Source: Amphiscolops sp. MND2022 (lineage: Eukaryota). From it: a DNA stretch of 64,000 bases. The first letter of the stretch is position 1. Every line of letters begins with the position of its first letter. A program made the position numbers and the translations under genes. Under the pieces are notes generated by a model, which was given only the letters and a program-made list of their open reading frames with translations, ran no database searches and had not been told where the DNA came from. The stretch covers positions 36,208,001 through 36,272,000 of the forward strand of contig OZ076420.1 in NCBI GenBank assembly GCA_964187785.1, given 5' to 3'. Shown in pieces: positions 62,509 to 64,000 of this stretch.

Positions 62509-63237
62509 AAAAGAGAACAACTGATGCAGCCTACAGAGACAAATTGCCTTAATGAAACTTTGCAAACTGTCTAAACCCCCCTTTTTATGTCTCAATATTT
62601 GTTGTAGCTGTGAGTTTATGGAATGTAAATATTTGTTTTGGTATTTTCCTCTTCTTAATGTGTAAAAATGACCGTAATTTAAGATACATTTATCTTAAGT
62701 GTTTTCTTGATTCTTTACCTTTGATTATAACCTAATTTGATGAATCATTTCGGTGAATTTGAATTGTCTCATGAATTAAAATTGGAATCAACTTGATACG
62801 TGACTTTTCCGAATATCAGATATGCGTCACTGTGCAGAAATGTGAAAACGAATATACTTCATTGTGCTGTTCTCAAATATTTTTTATGCGTTACCATACG
62901 GCAATTTCCAGACGCATATACTGCATTATGCGGAATTTTGCTACCGCTTATGCGGCATTATGCGGAAATCAGTAATTTCCTTCATACAGTGATACAGTGC
63001 TGTTTATACGTAACTATGCGGAAAATAGCCGACGCACATGCGTCAACATGCGTTTTCTTACAATATTCGTTATACGGGGCTATACCATTATTGCAGAGTA
63101 GAGATGCATCGATATGCGGAAAAACAAAAACGCATACGCGGTATTACGCGGATTTCCGGGGTTTTTTCTGTAGTTGTAGATTACTTGTTTTGCTTGTCAT
63201 GTAAGGTATATTTGGAGCTATAAACAGAATTACGACA
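62465..63237 (+). repeat. LTR (773 bp), shared between tandem units
   Basis: Homologous to 49004-49777 and followed by the same leader and gag. Confidence 0.85.
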
Positions 63238-63512
63238 CATGACGCAATTCTTTTTATATAATTTGGAGACCATGACACCCATAAAATGAGGTTAATCTCC
63301 ATCATTTTCCGCGGTGCTTGAAAATTTGGAACACAATCATTCCTTGATATAACTACCTTCAGAAGCAGTCGCCTGAAGTCATACACCCAATCTTTGTAAA
63401 AACAGTTTTGCAGTCAACTTTTGATCTATCTTTTCAACTTGTTTTCTCAATGACCTTTGAATAAACTCAAATTCATCCCCAGCAAACTCATCACACTTTT
63501 CACTTGAGAACG

Positions 63513-64000
63513 ATGGGAAATAAGATGAACAGGAGGTCTAGAAGACATGAAACACCGTTACCTGACAGACACTTTGTTGAAGCACAAGTAGAAACACCAA
63601 TACAAGGTAATGAGACTTTAGCTAATATTAGTGCTGTTATTCAGGAACCTTTAAGTGGAGACAAAAATAGACCTCCCCTGATAGAACCTAGTCAAATCAG
63701 TTATGAGATCCAAGTTTGGACAGAAAACTATGAACAAAAGAATAATGACAGAATAATGAAAATGAGAGAAGAGATGGAAAACAAGTTTGATGCAATTTTG
63801 AAGGAGATAAGAACAAATAAAACAACATCAACAATAACAAATCCCAGGTCTGAAATTAACGGAACCCAAAAAACTCAACCTTTGGGATCCAAAAGTAATA
63901 GGTCTAATGGAGTTCACGCATTTAACATACAAAACTCAGATACAGAAAATGAAGATGATCATCCCCTAAAGGCCTCAGAAATGCACGAACTTAGGAATCC
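63513..64000 (+). CDS. gag: gag of the next tandem unit (partial, open to the window end)
   Basis: MGNKMNRRSRRHETP.. is homologous to 50048 onward and lacks that copy's premature stop. Confidence 0.85.
   Translation, partial: MGNKMNRRSRRHETPLPDRHFVEAQVETPIQGNETLANISAVIQEPLSGDKNRPPLIEPSQISYEIQVWTENYEQKNNDRIMKMREEMENKFDAILKEIRTNKTTSTITNPRSEINGTQKTQPLGSKSNRSNGVHAFNIQNSDTENEDDHPLKASEMHELRN

Larger units (their letters stand above)
49004..63237 (+). mobile_element. Gypsy/Ty3 element, family 2, with 6.5-kb accessory region
   Basis: LTRs TGTCGCA..TTACGACA at 49004-49777 and 62465-63237, with gag-PR-RT-RH-IN in between. Confidence 0.88.

Noticed and set aside
875-63386. Most short ORFs in the supplied track
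   Set aside because: They are antisense or off-frame shadows of TE coding regions, or chance ORFs in AT-rich repeats.

Overview
AT-rich eukaryotic (animal) genomic DNA made almost entirely of nested transposable elements. The repeat families resemble those I recall from acoel flatworms, but that is unverified. The one confidently identified host gene is the 5' part of an MCC-like EF-hand gene on the minus strand (start codon at 19399). Its introns hold MITEs, a near-complete hAT transposon and a young 5'-truncated CRE-type non-LTR element. Upstream of MCC lies a 45-kb TE nest. An SGNH-like ORF there was split by a CRE insertion, a hAT excision footprint and a 14.2-kb Gypsy element. That Gypsy element (23610-37828) carries gag, pol, a chuvirus/herpes-gB-type envelope gene and two paralogous coiled-coil + HPD J-domain (DnaJ) genes; this is the most unusual system in the window. 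A CR1-like LINE, scrambled CRE fragments and a hAT remnant follow. A second Gypsy family (49004-63237 and beyond) forms a tandem array sharing an LTR. Its 6.5-kb cargo includes an antisense, intron-containing gene that looks derived from a hAT-type transposase. Coordinates were counted by hand, family calls come from recalled motifs rather than database searches, and many frameshifts sit in homopolymers that may be assembly errors.
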